Positions 33,499 to 42,350 of a DNA stretch of 64,000 nt are shown here, in pieces. The translations under genes were made by a program, and so were the position numbers. Within the stretch, counting starts at the first letter, position 1; every line of letters begins with the position of its first letter. The notes beneath the pieces were generated by a model, which had not been told where the DNA came from, made no database searches, and was given only the letters and a program-made list of their open reading frames with translations. This stretch comes from Paludibacteraceae bacterium (GTDB taxonomy: Bacteria > Bacteroidota > Bacteroidia > Bacteroidales > Paludibacteraceae), in NCBI GenBank assembly GCA_051870915.1, contig JBJECI010000024.1, positions 1,423-65,422 on the forward strand, given 5' to 3'.

Positions 33499-35589
33499 TT
33501 AGAATCCTTTGCGTTGGAGGTAGAACTTGGGGTTGGCGGGTTTGCCGCGGAACTCGAGGTAGAGTTCCTGCGCGTCGCGTGTGCCCCCCTGCTCGAGCAG
33601 GTGGCGGAAGCGGCGAGCCACCTCGGGGCAGAAGATATCGCCCGTCTCGGCAAAGGCGGCGAAGGCATCGGCATCGAGCACTGCCGCCCACGTGTAACTG
33701 TAATAGCCTGCCTCGTAGCCCGTGGTGAAGATATGGTTGTAGAAAGTGGAGCGGTAGCGGGTGATGATTTCGGGAATCATGCCCATCTTCGCCATCGACG
33801 CTGCCTCGAAGGCATCCACATCCAGTCCCTCGGCGGAGGTGAGTTCGTGGTAGTCCATGTCGAGGATAGAAGCAGAGAGCAACTCGGCGGTAACGAATCC
33901 TTGGTTGAAGGTGCCTGCGCGGTTGATTTTCGCGATGAGGCTGTCGGGCATGACCTCGCCCGTTTGGTAGTGGAAAGCATAAGTCTTCATCACCTCGGGG
34001 CGGTAGCAGTAGTTCTCCATGAACTGCGAGGGCAGTTCCACGAAGTCGCGCGGGGTGTTGGTGCCTGCGAGCGATTTGTAAGTCGCCTTGGAGAGCAGTC
34101 CGTGCAGCGCGTGTCCGAACTCGTGGAAGAGGGTCTCCACGTCGTCCATGCTCAGCAGGGAGGGGTTGCCTTGGGTGGGTTTGTTGAAGTTGCCGACGTT
34201 GATGATGACGGGGCGGTGGTCAACGCCCTCGGCATCCACATACTGGTGGCAGATATCGTTCATCCATGCGCCCGGGCGCTTGCCTGCGCGGGGGAAATAG
34301 TCGGTGTAGAGGATACCGATGAGCGAGCCGTCGGCATCGGTTACCTTGAACACCTCCACCTCGGGGTTATAGACGGGCATGCCTTCCAGTTGCTCGAACT
34401 GCAAACCGTAGAGGGTGGTAGCGAGTTGGAAGACGCCGCGGCGCACGTTGCTCAACTCGAAATAGGGCTTGAGTTCCTCCTCGTCGAGGTCGTACTGCTC
34501 TTTGCGCAGTTTCTCGGCGTAGTACCACCAGTCCCAAGGTTGCAGTTTCTCGCCGGGCAGGTCTTTGTCCATGAGTGCCTGCAAGGCAGCCGCTTCGCGT
34601 TTCGCCGCCGCGATGGAGGGTGCCCAGACGGATTGGAGGAAGGTATCTACGGTCTTGGAGTCCTTTGCCATGCAGTCGGCAAGGATATAGTCGGCGGGGT
34701 TCCGGTAGCCGAAGAGTTGCGCTTTCTCGATACGCAGCGCCATGGTCTTTTGGATAACGGCTTTGTTGTCGAACTCATTGTTGTGGTTGCCGCGCGTAGT
34801 GTATGCCATCAGCAGTTCTTCGCGCAGTCGGCGGTTTTGGCAGTACTGGAGTACGGGAGTGAAGGAGGTGCGCTTGGGTGTGAAGAGCCATGCATCGGGT
34901 CTTCCTGCCGCAGCGGCTTCCTCTTTGGCAGCGGCTTTGGCGCTCTCGGGCAGCCCTGCGAGTTCACTCTCATCGGTAACGAAGAGTTGGTAAGCGTTGG
35001 TCTCCGCCACCACGTTGTTGCCGAACTGCAAAGAGAGCAAGCCCAACTCTTTGTTGATTTCTTTGAGTCGCTCTTTCTTGTCCTCGGGCAGGTTAGCCCC
35101 GTTCTGCGCAAAACTCTTGTAGGTCTGCTCGGTGAGGCGCATTTGCTCGGGAGTCAGCCCCAAAGTCTCGCGGGCGTCATAGACGGCTTTCACGCGTTGG
35201 AAAAGCGAATCGTTGAGGATGATGCCGTCGGAGAGTTCGGAGAGCATAGGCGTAACCTCCTCGGCGATGGCGTTCATCTCATCGTTGCCGTCGGCATCGA
35301 GGATGTTGAAGAACACGCCCGTTACGCGGTCGAGAAGCGCACCCGTGCGGTCGAGGGCAGCGATGGTGTTCTCGAAGGTGGGGGCATCGGGGTTAGCAAC
35401 GATAGCGGCGATTTCCGCTTTGTTTTCGGCAATGGCTTTCTCGAAGGCGGGCATGTAGTGCTCCGTCTTCACTTTGTCGAAAGCCGGCACGCCGTAGGGC
35501 GTGTTTTGCTCCGTCAGGAGCGGGTTTTCCGTGTTGGTGCAAGCCATAAGGGCGATGAGCGCGAGGCTCAGTATAAACAGTTTTTTCAT
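33499..35589 (-). CDS. dcp: M3-family peptidyl-dipeptidase (Dcp-like) lipoprotein
   Basis: The ATG at 35589 gives lipoprotein signal MKKLFILSLALIALMACTN. Zinc motif HEFGHALH. Length and sequence are typical of M3A peptidases. Confidence 0.92.
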   Translation of the reverse strand: MKKLFILSLALIALMACTNTENPLLTEQNTPYGVPAFDKVKTEHYMPAFEKAIAENKAEIAAIVANPDAPTFENTIAALDRTGALLDRVTGVFFNILDADGNDEMNAIAEEVTPMLSELSDGIILNDSLFQRVKAVYDARETLGLTPEQMRLTEQTYKSFAQNGANLPEDKKERLKEINKELGLLSLQFGNNVVAETNAYQLFVTDESELAGLPESAKAAAKEEAAAAGRPDAWLFTPKRTSFTPVLQYCQNRRLREELLMAYTTRGNHNNEFDNKAVIQKTMALRIEKAQLFGYRNPADYILADCMAKDSKTVDTFLQSVWAPSIAAAKREAAALQALMDKDLPGEKLQPWDWWYYAEKLRKEQYDLDEEELKPYFELSNVRRGVFQLATTLYGLQFEQLEGMPVYNPEVEVFKVTDADGSLIGILYTDYFPRAGKRPGAWMNDICHQYVDAEGVDHRPVIINVGNFNKPTQGNPSLLSMDDVETLFHEFGHALHGLLSKATYKSLAGTNTPRDFVELPSQFMENYCYRPEVMKTYAFHYQTGEVMPDSLIAKINRAGTFNQGFVTAELLSASILDMDYHELTSAEGLDVDAFEAASMAKMGMIPEIITRYRSTFYNHIFTTGYEAGYYSYTWAAVLDADAFAAFAETGDIFCPEVARRFRHLLEQGGTRDAQELYLEFRGKPANPKFYLQRKGF

Positions 35590-35607
35590 ATGCTTTGAAA
35601 TTTTGTG

Positions 35608-35639
35608 CAAAGATACAAAAAAAAATCGGGTTTTGCAAG
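35608..35639 (-). promoter_or_regulatory. Promoter for dcp
   Basis: Minus strand has CTTG (plus 35636-35639) and TATCTTTG (plus 35608-35615), spacing 20 nt. ATG at 35589. Confidence 0.62.
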
Positions 35640-35660
35640 GATTTTCCAAAAAAAATATAT

Positions 35661-35790
35661 TCTCCGTTAATGCCCGTTAATTATCCATTAATTTCTCGTT
35701 CACTTCTCCGTTAATGCCCGTTAATTATCCATTAATCTCTCGTTTTATTACTCCATTAAAGTCCATTAAAGTACCATTAACTCCTTCATA
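35661..35790. repeat. 44-nt tandem duplication and CCATTAA word repeats
   Basis: TCTCCGTTAATGCCCGTTAATTATCCATTAAT at 35661-35692 and again at 35705-35736, followed by CTCCATTAAAGTCCATTAAAGTACCATTAAC. Confidence 0.9.
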
Positions 35791-35805
35791 GTCGAAGGTT
35801 GCTCC

Positions 35806-35994
35806 GGCTCCCCCGCCTCTCCTGAAAGGAGGGGAGGGGGTCAGGGGGCGGGATGGTACACTCGGCTCAAGCCGCAAAAGAGGATGAAGGGACTTGTTAC
35901 TTCGGCTTATGAAAAGTCATCGTGCGGCATGAAGCCGAGTACTCCTCCCGCCCCCGTACCCCCTCCCCCCTCTGCGAGGGAGGCGGGGGAGGGG
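35806..35994. repeat. Inverted pair of GD elements
   Basis: Left copy at 35806-35880 (GGCTCCCCCGCCTCTCCTGAAAGGAGGGGAGGGGGTCAGGGGGCGGGATGGTACACTCGGCTCAAGCCGCAAAAG). Right copy, inverted and diverged, at 35923-35994. Confidence 0.88.
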
Positions 35995-36112
35995 CTACGC
36001 ATAGTCAAATGACTTTTTAACATGTAATTATCGTGTAATTAACCATTAATTTTTTTCTTTGTGTTCGCTGTGCAATTATACGAATAATTACACGATAATT
36101 ACATGTTAGAAA

Positions 36113-36403
36113 CTAATTAGCAGCGTCCACGCGCCAAGCGTGGCAGGAGGTGAACCATTTGCCGCTGGCTTTCGACTGATTGACGCGGGGCTCGAAGAAC
36201 ACCCGCACTTTCGTGCCCTCCGCGAGGGCGAAGTTTCGCGCCGTGTCGCCTTTGAGCGTGGCGCAGATACCTTTCGGAAACTCCTCTTGCGTCTGCACGA
36301 CTACATCGCGGTAACACTGCATAGATGCTTGATTGTTGGGCTGCGTAGAACCCTGCTTCTCTTCTAAGTTGCTCACGGCAACTATCATTCCTACAAATTC
36401 CAT
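36113..36403 (-). CDS. DUF3127-like small protein
   Basis: 96-aa ORF starting MEFVGMIVAVSNLEEKQGSTQ, with FPKGICATLKGDTARNF and GKWFTSCHAWRV. It resembles the Bacteroidota DUF3127 family. Assignment is from memory of the family, not a search. Confidence 0.65.
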   Translation of the reverse strand: MEFVGMIVAVSNLEEKQGSTQPNNQASMQCYRDVVVQTQEEFPKGICATLKGDTARNFALAEGTKVRVFFEPRVNQSKASGKWFTSCHAWRVDAAN

Positions 36404-36469
36404 GATTTTAGTTGATAAGTTGATTAGTTAATAAGTTGATTAGATTTCAGCGCGCTTTGAAATTCGGTG

Positions 36470-36477
36470 CAAAGGTA
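36470..36477 (-). promoter_or_regulatory. -7 box for the DUF3127-like gene (no clear -33)
   Basis: Minus-strand TACCTTTG at plus 36470-36477, ~65 nt upstream of the start at 36403. Confidence 0.45.
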
Positions 36478-36544
36478 CGGCTTTTGCGATAGAAATAATG
36501 AAGAAAAATACTACAAAGAATGTAGCAAAATACTACAAAATACA

Positions 36545-36963
36545 TTTGCCACATTTTCCACTTTTGCCACATAAAAAAAGAGCAACCCCACACACATATA
36601 TTAAATTATTATATATATAATATATAATAATTAGATAACCCCCCTCTAACTCCCCAATTTTAATCTTTTTTCACCAAAAAGAGGGGGTACTTTTGGCGAA
36701 AAGTACCCCGTTTTTGACCCACCTTAGGTCTCGGTTAGGTCTCGGCAAAGCCCTTATAGTAAGAGAGCATAAAAAGTAAATGTGGCAAACGTGTCAAATG
36801 TTACATGTGGCATATCACAAATATCACAAATGACACATTTGCCACATAATTTTTTAGTATTCATTTGCATATATCAGAAAAAAGCAGTAATTTTGCTTGC
36901 GAGGATTTTTAATCCATTAAAAACCATATCATATATCTAACAATTCAAGATATGTGTGGCACA
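36545..36963. other. Cluster of six TTTGCCACA-like 9-mers around an AT-rich tract
   Basis: TTTGCCACA at 36545-36553, 36563-36571 and 36838-36846. Reverse TGTGGCAAA at 36781-36789, TGTGGCATA at 36806-36814 and TGTGGCACA at 36955-36963. (TA)-rich tract at ~36591-36640. Bidirectional hairpin GGGGTACTTTT..AAAAGTACCCC at 36684-36709. 11-nt tandem TTAGGTCTCGG x2 at 36724-36745. Confidence 0.85.
36864..36895 (+). promoter_or_regulatory. Promoter for the methyltransferase / adenosyltransferase genes
   Basis: TTTG at 36864-36867 and TAATTTTG at 36888-36895, spacing 20 nt. Context TTTGCATATATCAGAAAAAAGCAGTAATTTTG. Confidence 0.65.
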
Positions 36964-36992
36964 ACAACGAAATACACCATTTGGAAGTTTAT

Positions 36993-37805
36993 ATGTCAAT
37001 CAGCACTATATCAGCCATCATGTTCCGCTTTTTAGGATATTGCAGACATTATCTCTGTGGGTACCACTCCGGCGGCGAAGGGATACACTCTCCTTATCTT
37101 TTCTACCTTGTTCGCATGGTTTCACGCGAAGAAAACAGTTATTACGTATGGCGCGATATCGAACAGCAGCGTTCTCGCTTACTGGGCGATAGGCGCACTA
37201 TTTATGTGTCGGACTACGGGACGGGGCGTGATAGGGCTCCGCAGAGACTCGTTTGCGATATAGCACGACGCTGCTTGGAAAGCCCCAAGATGGGACAATT
37301 ATTCTTTCGCTGGTTAGTGTTTTTATCCCATAATAGCCACCGTCCTCTTCAGGTAGTGGAGTTGGGGACCTCGTTTGGCATCACGACATCGTATCTCTCG
37401 TCAGCCCATTCCGATAATCAGATAACCACTTTCGAGGGTTGTCCCGATACAGCACAGATAGCGCGCGAGGTGTGGCATTCCTTAGGGCTGAGCAATATCC
37501 GTTTGGTGGAGGGAAACATTGACGACACACTCTTGCCGAACCTCCCCTCAAGCGTGGATTTTGCATTTGTAGATGCCAATCACACAGAGTCTGCTACGCT
37601 ACGTTATGTGAAGGCACTATTGCCGCACGTAGAAGCGAAGAGTATTGTTGTGATAGATGATATACACTATTCGGCAGAAATGGAGCACGCATGGCAGATA
37701 TTGAAAGCATTGCCACAGGTTACCACTACTATGGATTTTTATCATGCAGGCGCACTCTTTTTCGATCCGCATTATTTGAAGAAGCATTATCGGATGCGCC
37801 CCTAA
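36993..37805 (+). CDS. Class I SAM-dependent (O-)methyltransferase
   Basis: The ORF opens with GTG at 36954 and the first ATG is at 36993. SAM motif VVELGTSFGITTSYL and FAFVDANH typical of O-methyltransferase family 3-like proteins. Confidence 0.75.
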   Translation: MSISTISAIMFRFLGYCRHYLCGYHSGGEGIHSPYLFYLVRMVSREENSYYVWRDIEQQRSRLLGDRRTIYVSDYGTGRDRAPQRLVCDIARRCLESPKMGQLFFRWLVFLSHNSHRPLQVVELGTSFGITTSYLSSAHSDNQITTFEGCPDTAQIAREVWHSLGLSNIRLVEGNIDDTLLPNLPSSVDFAFVDANHTESATLRYVKALLPHVEAKSIVVIDDIHYSAEMEHAWQILKALPQVTTTMDFYHAGALFFDPHYLKKHYRMRP

Positions 37806-37823
37806 CTTATAACTCCATACTTT

Positions 37824-38405
37824 ATGGCTATTTATACCAAAACCGGCGACCGAGGCGAGACCTCGTTAGCCAACCAAAATCGCGTGTCGAAAGCCTCCCC
37901 ACGTTTGGATGCCTATGGCACAGCCGATGAGTTGAATGCATGGGTAGGGATGCTTCGGGCACAATGTGCCAAATCGGTAGCAGGCACACATACTATCGTA
38001 CCCGAACTATCTATCGATGCAATGCTCCAATGGGTACAAAACCGCCTCTTTAATGCAGGGGCAGCTTTGAGCATGGCAGAGGGAGAATGGATTACAGAAA
38101 AAGATGTACGGCAATTGGAGCAGTGGATAGACCACATGCAGAGTATCCTGCCTCCGCTGCGCTGTTTCATCCTTCCTGCCGGCAGCGAACCTATCGCCAC
38201 CTCACATATATGCCGCACTGTCACACGACGACTGGAGCGATTGGTGGTCGCTTTGCAAGAAAACGAAGAGAGAGAGCATGACGAAGAAATCCTTTTGCGC
38301 TATATCAATCGACTGAGCGACTATTTCTTCATCCTTTCGCGGTACATAGGATACTTGTCCGATATAGAAGATGTGCCGTGGTGCAAGGACGATGGCGAGA
38401 AATAA
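37824..38405 (+). CDS. ATP:cob(I)alamin adenosyltransferase, PduO type
   Basis: 193-aa ORF. Motif IYTKTGDRGETSL and typical helical-bundle sequence (GTADELNAWVGML, FILPAG). Confidence 0.88.
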   Translation: MAIYTKTGDRGETSLANQNRVSKASPRLDAYGTADELNAWVGMLRAQCAKSVAGTHTIVPELSIDAMLQWVQNRLFNAGAALSMAEGEWITEKDVRQLEQWIDHMQSILPPLRCFILPAGSEPIATSHICRTVTRRLERLVVALQENEEREHDEEILLRYINRLSDYFFILSRYIGYLSDIEDVPWCKDDGEK

Positions 38406-38422
38406 GCAAACAATTACATGGA

Positions 38423-38950
38423 CTACTCTTTATACCACGAAGCGTACATGGCGTAGTTGTGGGCGATTTTGCGGTTGATTTCGTTGGTCTGCTCGGGGTC
38501 GGCTTTCTTGATGAACTTCGCCGGCACTCCGCCCCACACCTCGTAGGCGCCGATTTTCGTGCCTTTGAGCACCAGCGCGCCTGCCGCCACGATGGCACCT
38601 TCGCCCACCTCCACATCGTCCAGCAGCGTGGAACCCATGCCGATGAGGGCATAGTCGCGGATATGGGCACCGTGGATGGTTACGTTGTGCCCCACCGAGA
38701 CGTAGTCGCCAATCTCAATGGTGGATTTTTGGTAGAGCGTGTGGAGGACAGAGCCGTCTTGGATATTGCAGTGGTTGCCGATAGTGATGGTGTTGACATC
38801 CCCGCGGAGCACGGCGTTGAACCAGAGGGTGGTGCCTTCGCCGATGGAAACATCGCCCACCACGGTGGCATTCTCCATCATGATGACGCTGTCCGCAATA
38901 CGGGGAGTAAGCACCTCCCCGTTGCGGTTGATAGTCTTGATAAGAGGCAT
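38423..38950 (-). CDS. Gamma carbonic anhydrase family (hexapeptide-repeat) protein
   Basis: The ATG at 38950 gives MPLIKTINRNGEV. Left-handed beta-helix repeats and VLRGDVNTITIGNHCNIQDGSVLH. Confidence 0.88.
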   Translation of the reverse strand: MPLIKTINRNGEVLTPRIADSVIMMENATVVGDVSIGEGTTLWFNAVLRGDVNTITIGNHCNIQDGSVLHTLYQKSTIEIGDYVSVGHNVTIHGAHIRDYALIGMGSTLLDDVEVGEGAIVAAGALVLKGTKIGAYEVWGGVPAKFIKKADPEQTNEINRKIAHNYAMYASWYKE

Positions 38951-38958
38951 AGTCAAAA

Positions 38959-39065
38959 TTAACAATTAACAATTAATAATTAACATGCATTGTTGCTGAA
39001 AAAGTAAGAACACATTGTGTGCCTACTATTCAGAGCACGAGCATGTTAATTGTTAATTGTTAATT
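38959..39065. repeat. W element: inverted TTAACAATT arrays around the core TATTCAGAGCA
   Basis: Left arm at 38959-38988 (TTAACAATTAACAATTAATAATTAACATGC). Core at 39027-39037. Right arm at 39041-39065 (GCATGTTAATTGTTAATTGTTAATT). Confidence 0.9.
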
Positions 39066-39072
39066 AAGAAAC

Positions 39073-39822
39073 TTATCTTGCGTTGATGATAGCGAGGAAT
39101 TTCTCTGCTACGAGGGCTGCGCCGCCGATGAGTCCGCCGTCCACGTCGGGGTTCGCAAAGAGTTCTGCCGCGTTCTTCTCGTTGCAGGAGCCGCCGTAGA
39201 GGATGGTGGTGTCGTCTGCCACCTGTGCGCCGTATTTCTCAGCCACGAGCGAGCGGATATAGGCGTGAATCTCCTGTGCCTGTGCGGGGGTAGCGGTCAA
39301 GCCGGTGCCGATAGCCCAAACGGGTTCGTAAGCCAGCGTGATATGGCTCCACTCCTCGGCGGTGAGGTTGAAGACAGAACCTTCGAGTTGTGCTTTCACT
39401 ACCTCGTTCTGCTTGCCAGCCTCGCGCTCCTCTTTCACCTCGCCGATGCAGAAGATAACCTCCAAGCCGTTTGCCAGCGCGAGTTGCACTTTCTCGCGGA
39501 GGATGGCATAGTCCTCGTGGTAGTACGCACGACGCTCCGAGTGCCCGAGGATGCAGTACTCTGCACCGGTGGACTTCACCATAGCGGCGCTGACCTCACC
39601 CGTGTAGGCACCTTTCTCTTTGTCGGCGCAGTTCTCCGCTGCCACCTTGATGGGCGAGTCTTTGAGCAACTCTGCCACGGTAGCGAGGTGGATAAACGGC
39701 GTGCCGATAACAACAGCACATGCAGGGTTCTTCACTTGTTCTTTCAGTTCGGTAGCCAATGCTACCCCTTCTTGCAGGGTCTTGTTCATCTTCCAGTTGC
39801 CTGCAACCATTTTTGTACGCAT
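39073..39822 (-). CDS. tpiA: Triose-phosphate isomerase
   Basis: The ATG at 39822 gives [13 protein letters not shown]. Motifs ILGHSERR and [11 protein letters not shown]. Confidence 0.95.
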   Translation of the reverse strand: MRTKMVAGNWKMNKTLQEGVALATELKEQVKNPACAVVIGTPFIHLATVAELLKDSPIKVAAENCADKEKGAYTGEVSAAMVKSTGAEYCILGHSERRAYYHEDYAILREKVQLALANGLEVIFCIGEVKEEREAGKQNEVVKAQLEGSVFNLTAEEWSHITLAYEPVWAIGTGLTATPAQAQEIHAYIRSLVAEKYGAQVADDTTILYGGSCNEKNAAELFANPDVDGGLIGGAALVAEKFLAIINAR

Positions 39823-39841
39823 AAGAGTTTTATTATTTATT

Positions 39842-39872
39842 GGACAATTTGACAATTTACTATTTTACAATT
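39842..39872. repeat. W repeat: GACAATTT words upstream of tpiA
   Basis: GGACAATTTGACAATTTACTATTTTACAATT, the reverse complement of words at 62306-62345. Confidence 0.8.
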
Positions 39873-39883
39873 ATCGAGGAGGG

Positions 39884-40993
39884 TCATCTTAAGTTGTATT
39901 TGTCCATCACCGTGCCGTTTTGCAGGACGATGACTCCCGGGTTGGCGCGGACGATGGTCTTGAGCGTTACGCCGTCGCAGGTGAGGACGCACTCTTTCGG
40001 CGATATATCGCCCATATCGGCGAAGAACGCCTCGATAGTCTGTTCATCGGAGCCGGTGAGGATATAGAACGGCAGGTCGTTGGTGCGGCATTGCTCGTAG
40101 AGCGCCTGCACTTTGGGCAGTTGGGCGCAGTCGGTCTTGTCGAGGTCGTACATCACCACCAGCGTAACGGGCTCTTCGCTCTCCAAGATGTCAAAAGTGA
40201 GGTCTTCGAAGTCGCTGTTGAGCAACTCGAAGTCGTGGATAGCAGGCTCGTAGCCCTTCTGCACCAGCACGGATTTCTGGTTGACAAACGTCCAAGTGGA
40301 GTCGCCTTTGGGGTAGTTGTCGAGGGTGAACTCCTGCTGCACGCCGTCTTTCTCGTAGATGAACGTAACGGCGTACTCGTCGTGAGGCGCATCGTTGGGC
40401 ACCTCCATCAGCGCGGGGAGGTTGTTGCCTATCTTGTAGGGGCGGAAGTCTATGAAGGGCAGGTGGGTAAGCGAGTAACCCATCACGCCCGCCATGGCGG
40501 CTAAGGCGAGAATGAAGAACGTCAATTCTGCCCACCATGTGAAGGTCTGGCGGATATAACGCTTGGTCAGCAAGAGCGTTATTACCAGCGCGAGGAGCAC
40601 GATGTTCTTCCAGAAAGTCGCCCAGTTGCTCAGTTTGATGGCGTCGCCGAAGCAACCGCAGTCGGTTACAGGGTTCTCTAATGCGATATAGAGCGTCAGC
40701 GGGGTCATCACCAGCATGAACAGCAGCGCCAACCACGAGGTGATGTTCGTGCGGACATTGCAGAGCAGGCACACGCCCAGCGCGAACTCAAAGGTAATCA
40801 TCACGATGGCCACCGTCATAGCCAGCGGCATCATGTCCACGAACACCCCGCCGAAGGCTGTCAGATAGTCTTCTATCTTGTAGGTCGTCCCCAGCGGGTC
40901 AATGGCTTTCACAAAGCCCGAGAAGATAAACGTGAGTCCGAGGAGCGTGCGGCAGATACTGCCGAGGATATGGAGGGGTTTACTCTGTTTCAT
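39884..40993 (-). CDS. DoxX/MauE-type membrane domain fused to a thioredoxin-like domain (BT_3928-like family)
   Basis: 369-aa ORF. N-terminal 4-TM region (LLGLTFIFSGFVKAIDPLG, CGCFGD) and a soluble C-terminal domain. The conserved DUF1599/tpiA neighbourhood is known from Bacteroides. Confidence 0.78.
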   Translation of the reverse strand: MKQSKPLHILGSICRTLLGLTFIFSGFVKAIDPLGTTYKIEDYLTAFGGVFVDMMPLAMTVAIVMITFEFALGVCLLCNVRTNITSWLALLFMLVMTPLTLYIALENPVTDCGCFGDAIKLSNWATFWKNIVLLALVITLLLTKRYIRQTFTWWAELTFFILALAAMAGVMGYSLTHLPFIDFRPYKIGNNLPALMEVPNDAPHDEYAVTFIYEKDGVQQEFTLDNYPKGDSTWTFVNQKSVLVQKGYEPAIHDFELLNSDFEDLTFDILESEEPVTLVVMYDLDKTDCAQLPKVQALYEQCRTNDLPFYILTGSDEQTIEAFFADMGDISPKECVLTCDGVTLKTIVRANPGVIVLQNGTVMDKYNLR

Positions 40994-41519
40994 GTTGTTT
41001 AATCAGATAAAAGATAGCATAGTTAATCATATCGAAATAGTTGCCGTCGGCACCTTCGGAGCAGAGCGTCCGGTTGTCGTTGGCGGCAATCTGTTTGTTG
41101 CGGTTGATTTTGGTGAGGATGATGTCGGTGAGGCTGGAAGGGAACATGTCGCGCCACGCCTCGCCGTAGTCGTGGTTCTTGCGTATCATTAGGGCTTTGG
41201 CATCGCCGATGTACTTGTCGTAGAGTGAGATAGCCCGCTCGCGGGTCATATCCACCGAGTCGGCATAGCCCTCGAAGAGTTGGATAAGCCCGATAACGGA
41301 GTAGTTGACAATCGCCATCATCTCGCCTTCCACGCTCTCGCCCACCATGTTCACACCCGTCTGCTCTATCTCGCGGACGCGCTTGGCTTTGATGAAGAGT
41401 TGGTCGTTCACCGTCTGCGGACGCATAATCCGCCAACTCGGACCGTAGTCCTTCATCTTTAACTCGTATATATGGCGGCACTCCGCCACCACTGCATCGT
41501 ATTCTTCTATCGTGCGCAT
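40980..41519 (-). CDS. DUF1599 domain protein
   Basis: 179-aa ORF with a duplicated motif (KMKDYGPSWRIMR and KNHDYGEAWRDM) typical of DUF1599. Confidence 0.78.
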   Translation of the reverse strand: MRTIEEYDAVVAECRHIYELKMKDYGPSWRIMRPQTVNDQLFIKAKRVREIEQTGVNMVGESVEGEMMAIVNYSVIGLIQLFEGYADSVDMTRERAISLYDKYIGDAKALMIRKNHDYGEAWRDMFPSSLTDIILTKINRNKQIAANDNRTLCSEGADGNYFDMINYAIFYLIKQHETE

Positions 41520-41521
41520 TT

Positions 41522-41604
41522 TGAATTATAAGGGCGTTGCGGATTATAAATTATGCAATACAGAGCATGCGCGCTCATAATTCATAATTCATAATTCTTA
41601 ATTA
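41522..41604. repeat. W element with CATAATT arm between the DUF1599 gene and ruvA
   Basis: TGAATTATAAGGGCGTTGCGGATTATAAATTATGCAATACAGAGCATGCGCGCTCATAATTCATAATTCATAATTCTTAATT. Confidence 0.85.
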
Positions 41605-41607
41605 AAA

Positions 41608-42225
41608 TCATAGCATTTTTAGGGCGAGTTTGATTACTTTCTCCACGGGCAGCGTGGGGTCTTCGCGGAGGATTTTATCCACCACTTTTCCGCTGGCGGC
41701 GGCTTGGAACCCGAGCATGGTGAGTGCGCCGACGGCTTCTTCCTTCACCTCCATGGCGGGCGAAGACATATCGGGCAACTCCATGTCGGCAACGGGCATC
41801 GCACCGTCCTCCAACTCCACTTTCAGCACTTTGTCTTTCAAATCCACTATCACGCGCTGCGCTGTCTTCGGACCCAGGCCCTTCACCTGCGCGAGGGCTT
41901 TGGCATTGCCCGTGGCGATGATTTGCCGCACCTCGGAGGCGGAGAACGCCGAGAGAATCATGCGGGCGGTGTTCGCACCTATGCCGCTGACCGTCATCAG
42001 CATGTCGAAGAGCGCACGCTCGCCTTTGGAGGGGAAACCGAAGAGGTCGTGGGTGTCTTCGCGGATAATCTCGGTGGTGTAGAGTCGGCACTCCTGCTGC
42101 TCTTTCCCCACCAGCAGCGAATAGGCGGGCAGGGTGATGTTGATACCATAACCCACGCCGGCGGCTTCTACCACCGCAAGCGTAGGTGTCAGTTCGGAAA
42201 GTATGCCTTTGATATAGTCTATCAT
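41608..42225 (-). CDS. ruvA: Holliday junction branch migration complex subunit RuvA
   Basis: 205-aa ORF starting MIDYIKGILSELTPTLAVVEAAGVGYGINI. HhH motifs VSGIGANTARMILS and VKGLGPKTAQRVIVDLK. Confidence 0.93.
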   Translation of the reverse strand: MIDYIKGILSELTPTLAVVEAAGVGYGINITLPAYSLLVGKEQQECRLYTTEIIREDTHDLFGFPSKGERALFDMLMTVSGIGANTARMILSAFSASEVRQIIATGNAKALAQVKGLGPKTAQRVIVDLKDKVLKVELEDGAMPVADMELPDMSSPAMEVKEEAVGALTMLGFQAAASGKVVDKILREDPTLPVEKVIKLALKML

Positions 42226-42244
42226 AGTTTGCCTTTTTGGGGCG

Positions 42245-42276
42245 CAAAATTACGGTTTTTTCGCGATATATGCAAG
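42245..42276 (-). promoter_or_regulatory. Promoter for ruvA
   Basis: Minus strand reads CTTGCATATATCGCGAAAAAACCGTAATTTTG. The -7 box is plus 42245-42252, spacing 20 nt. Confidence 0.62.
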
Positions 42277-42301
42277 TTTTTCGCCTAAAAACCTGCTTTT
42301 T

Positions 42302-42333
42302 TTTGCTTATATCAAAAAATAGTCGTACCTTTG
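42302..42333 (+). promoter_or_regulatory. Promoter for the CNNM-family gene
   Basis: TTTG at 42302-42305 and TACCTTTG at 42326-42333, spacing 20 nt. ATG at 42351. Confidence 0.68.
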
Positions 42334-42350
42334 TGCGCTATTTCGATATT

